Assembly: GCA_964463485.1 (NCBI GenBank)
Contig: CAYXDO010000117.1
Span: 1-34,488, forward strand
Source of the DNA: an uncultured Myxococcales bacterium
GTDB lineage: Bacteria; Myxococcota; Kuafuiibacteriia; Kuafuiibacteriales; Kuafuiibacteriaceae
Length of the DNA: 34,488 bases
Direction of reading: 5' to 3'
Shown here: positions 32,105-34,488 of the stretch, in pieces
Position numbering within the stretch: position 1 is the first letter of the stretch
Layout of the letters: each line of letters starts with the position of its first letter
Translations under genes and position numbers: made by a program
The notes under the pieces: generated by a model
What the model was told of the DNA's origin: nothing
What the model saw: only the letters and a program-made list of their open reading frames with translations
Database searches by the model: none

Positions 32105-34290
32105 GTTGGCGCTCCGCGATTCTGGTTTGTGGGTTGTCGTCCGCCTGCGGAAGTCAAGCTCCGGAACCCATCGAGATCGACCCTCTTGCTCACGTTGACC
32201 CGATGATCGGCACCGGAGGGTTGGGCTTTGGTGTTGGGAGTATTGCGCCGGGCCCGACTCGGGTCTTCGGTCTGGCGAAGCCTTCGCCGGACACTTCCAC
32301 GGGCGGGGGCGCGCCTGGGTTTTCGCACTGCGCGGGCTATTATTGGGAGGACCGAGAGATTCGCGGATTTTCTCAGATCCATCTCTCTGGAACGGGGGTG
32401 CCTGACTACGGCGCGCTGCTTTTCATGCCGATTCGGGAGGTCGAGCCTCCTTTGACGGAGCGCAAGTATCGGGCGAAGCTTTCGCACGAGCGCGAGTCCG
32501 CTGGGGTTGGGTTGTACTCAGTGGAGCTGGCGGAGGTCGAGACGCGGGTCGAGGTCGCGGTGACGCGCCGAACGAGTGTGTATCGACTCGGCTACGCGTC
32601 AGAGCGGCCGGCGCGCGCGCTCCTCGACCTTCGGCATGGATTGGGGGACGGTCATACTCTGGATGGGCTCATTCGTCGAGGTGAAGACGGCCGCTCGGTC
32701 GAGGGGTGGCTTCAGCATGCCGGGGACATCTCGGTTCGTTATGGCGGCTTCAAGTTGCACTTCGCGCTTCGAGCGGACACCGACATCGATCGCCTGATTT
32801 GGTTGAGCGACGGCTCGACCATCGCTGCGGATTCCCAGAGCGTCGGACCTGGAGCCGGGGTGGTGATGGACTTTGGAGCTGGCCCGAGGACGGTCGGCGT
32901 GCAAATCGGATTGTCTTTCGTGGACGTGGATGGCGCGCGAAGAAACCTCGAGGCTGAGTCGACCGGGCTGGATTCGGCGGTGGCGTCCGCGCGAAGTGAG
33001 TTCTCGGCGATCCTGGGGCGCGTCCGCGTCGAGGGCGGCGGCGCCGCCGAGTTGAAGAAGTTCTACTCGGCGCTCTATCACGTGTTCCAGATGCCTACTC
33101 TCCTGAGCGACGTGGACGGGAGGTACGTGGGGATCGACGGGAAAGTACACGTCGCCGATGGGTTCGAGTATTACTCCGATTTTTCGACGTGGGATACCTA
33201 TCGTACGCTCCATCCGCTGCTGACTTGGATCGCGCCCGAGTATCAGGAGGCCTTCGACCGGTCGTTGCTCGCGATGATGGACGCCACGGGGCACGTTCCC
33301 GAGTGGCCTTTGGCGACAGGAGAGACTTGGACGATGCTCGGATTCCACGGGGAGACTGTGCTCGTGGATTCGGCCCTCCGAGGGAGTCGCGCCGTCGAGG
33401 CGGGTGAATTGTTCGACCGGCTGCGACGGCTGGCCCTCGAGCCCGCGGAGGGTGAGCGGGCGAGTCGTGAGTGTTTGGCGAGCTGGAAGGAGCGAGGCTA
33501 CTGTGTCGCCGACGAAGGGACTGGGGCGGCGAGCCAGACCGTCGAGAACGCCTACAACGACTTCGCGCTGGCCGAGCTCGCCGCTCAGCTTGGGCGCTCG
33601 GACGAAGCCAGGGAAATTCGAGAGAAGGCGGCCCGATGGACCGGAACGGTCAACCCGCAAGGGTTCGTTCAGAGCCGTCGCGCGGACGGTTCTTTCCCGG
33701 GAGGATTCAGCGACGACTTGTTTCACGAGGACTACGTGGAAGGAAATGCGCGGCAGTGGACGCCGGCGGTGGCGCTCGACGTGGCGGGGCTGGAGCGGGC
33801 AGTGGGTCATGATCGTTTGATCGAGCAACTCACGAGGCTGTTCGAGGAAGCCGAGAAGGCCGAGGACACGCCACTGCCGGACCTTTGGTACTGGCACGGC
33901 AACGAGCCCGACATTCACGCCGCGTATTTGTTTCTGGACTTGGGGAGGCCCGAGCTCGCGGAGAAGTGGATTCGGTGGATCGAAACAGAGAAGTACAGGG
34001 CCGGGCCCGACGGGCTAGACGGCAACGACGACGGAGGCACCCTGTCGGCGTGGTACGTCGCGTCGGCGCTTGGGCTGTATCCGCTCGCCGGGAGCTCGCG
34101 ATGGTGGGTCGGCGTCCCGGCCTTTCCGAGGGCCCTCGTCGCGACGAGAGCTGGGACCATGGAGATTTCGACCGAAGGACCGATCGACGGGCACGTCGTG
34201 AGTGTGAAGTTGGGAGACGAGCAGCCGTTGGGACGGCAGGTCGAGCAAGGGCAGATTCTGAGTGGACGGCTGGAGTTCAGGCTAGAGTGA
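32101..34290 (+). CDS. Glycoside hydrolase family 92 (alpha-1,2-mannosidase-like)
   Basis: GTG 32101 overlaps the DUF1552 stop (GTGA). Signal/lipoprotein-like N-terminus MSWRSAILVCGLSSACGS. GH92 signatures: VDPMIGTGG…GSIAPGPTRVFGLAKPSPDT…GFSHCAGYYWEDREIRGFSQIHLSGTGVPDYGALLFMP; C-terminal WYWHGNEPDIHAAYLF and LDGNDDGGTLSAWYVASALGLYPL. The ORF track's 5' extension to 31696 overlaps the DUF1552 gene and was rejected. Confidence 0.85.
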   Translation: MSWRSAILVCGLSSACGSQAPEPIEIDPLAHVDPMIGTGGLGFGVGSIAPGPTRVFGLAKPSPDTSTGGGAPGFSHCAGYYWEDREIRGFSQIHLSGTGVPDYGALLFMPIREVEPPLTERKYRAKLSHERESAGVGLYSVELAEVETRVEVAVTRRTSVYRLGYASERPARALLDLRHGLGDGHTLDGLIRRGEDGRSVEGWLQHAGDISVRYGGFKLHFALRADTDIDRLIWLSDGSTIAADSQSVGPGAGVVMDFGAGPRTVGVQIGLSFVDVDGARRNLEAESTGLDSAVASARSEFSAILGRVRVEGGGAAELKKFYSALYHVFQMPTLLSDVDGRYVGIDGKVHVADGFEYYSDFSTWDTYRTLHPLLTWIAPEYQEAFDRSLLAMMDATGHVPEWPLATGETWTMLGFHGETVLVDSALRGSRAVEAGELFDRLRRLALEPAEGERASRECLASWKERGYCVADEGTGAASQTVENAYNDFALAELAAQLGRSDEAREIREKAARWTGTVNPQGFVQSRRADGSFPGGFSDDLFHEDYVEGNARQWTPAVALDVAGLERAVGHDRLIEQLTRLFEEAEKAEDTPLPDLWYWHGNEPDIHAAYLFLDLGRPELAEKWIRWIETEKYRAGPDGLDGNDDGGTLSAWYVASALGLYPLAGSSRWWVGVPAFPRALVATRAGTMEISTEGPIDGHVVSVKLGDEQPLGRQVEQGQILSGRLEFRLE

Positions 34291-34292
34291 GG

Positions 34293-34320
34293 TCGACCGG
34301 GCCTGACTGGCCCGGATCGA
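34293..34320 (+). terminator. Stem-loop downstream of the GH92 stop (tcgaccgggcc-tgact-ggcccgg(a)tcga)
   Basis: 7–11-bp GC-rich inverted repeat with a 5-nt loop, 3 bp after the TGA. No clear U-tract follows, as is usual in high-GC genomes. Confidence 0.45.
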
Positions 34321-34325
34321 ATCGT

Positions 34326-34488
34326 CCTGCGTCAGATAGTCCGCGTCAGCGTCAGATCGTCAGCGTCTGCGTCTGATCGTCAGCGTCTGATCGTCAGCGT
34401 CTGATCGTCAGCGTCTGATCGTCAGCGTCAGATCGTCTGCGTCAGATCGTCTGCGTCTGCGTCTGCGTCTGCGTCAGATCGTCTGCGT
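34326..34488. repeat. Tandem satellite array at the window 3' edge (13/14-mer units cgtcagcgtctgat and cgtctgcgtcagat), reverse complement of the 5'-edge array
   Basis: Read directly: ...gatcgtcagcgtctgatcgtcagcgtctga... followed by cagatcgtctgcgtctgcgtctgcgtctgcgtcagatcgtctgcgt. The terminal part is the reverse complement of gacgcagacgcagacgatctgacgca at bases 1..54. Confidence 0.85.

Noticed and set aside
1-34488. CRISPR array among the many tandem repeats
   Set aside because: All repeat tracts are contiguous head-to-tail units (6, 13, 14 or 20 bp) or degenerate 60–75-bp modules without unique spacers of regular length. No cas genes are present.

Overview
This is a high-GC segment with Myxococcota-like gene content: sigma-54/FHA regulators, eukaryotic-like Ser/Thr kinases, DUF1592/DUF1552 pairs and a MATE transporter. 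About 20 genes are supportable and no rRNA, tRNA or CRISPR array was seen. The most notable gene is a ~936-aa bacterial homolog of the eukaryotic major vault protein (MVP repeats, SPFH-like shoulder, cap-helix coiled coil) at 333..3143(-). It sits head-to-head with a sensor histidine kinase and next to an overlapping FHA–sigma-54 activator/Ser-Thr kinase gene pair. Other genes: a TPR/TM protein, two lipoproteins, a CHAP-domain hydrolase with an unknown C-terminal domain, a MATE efflux pump, a polytopic membrane protein, a PHP/CehA-like lipoprotein, a SurA/PpiC parvulin, an amidohydrolase, an OmpA-family protein, a SLOG/MoCo-carrier-like protein, a membrane-anchored pseudokinase-like protein and an acyl-CoA dehydrogenase. 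A stop/start-overlapped DUF1592–DUF1552–GH92 alpha-mannosidase gene set closes the coding part. The noncoding DNA is unusually repeat-rich. It holds three copies of a ~140-bp imperfect-palindromic interspersed (MITE/REP-like) element, (GGCGAC)n and (GGGCAC)n microsatellites and a 13-mer x5 iteron. It also holds a hairpin-repeat array, a duplicated hairpin module in front of the CHAP gene, and satellite arrays at both window ends that are reverse complements of each other. Gene start positions are uncertain throughout because of the high GC and frequent GTG/TTG starts.
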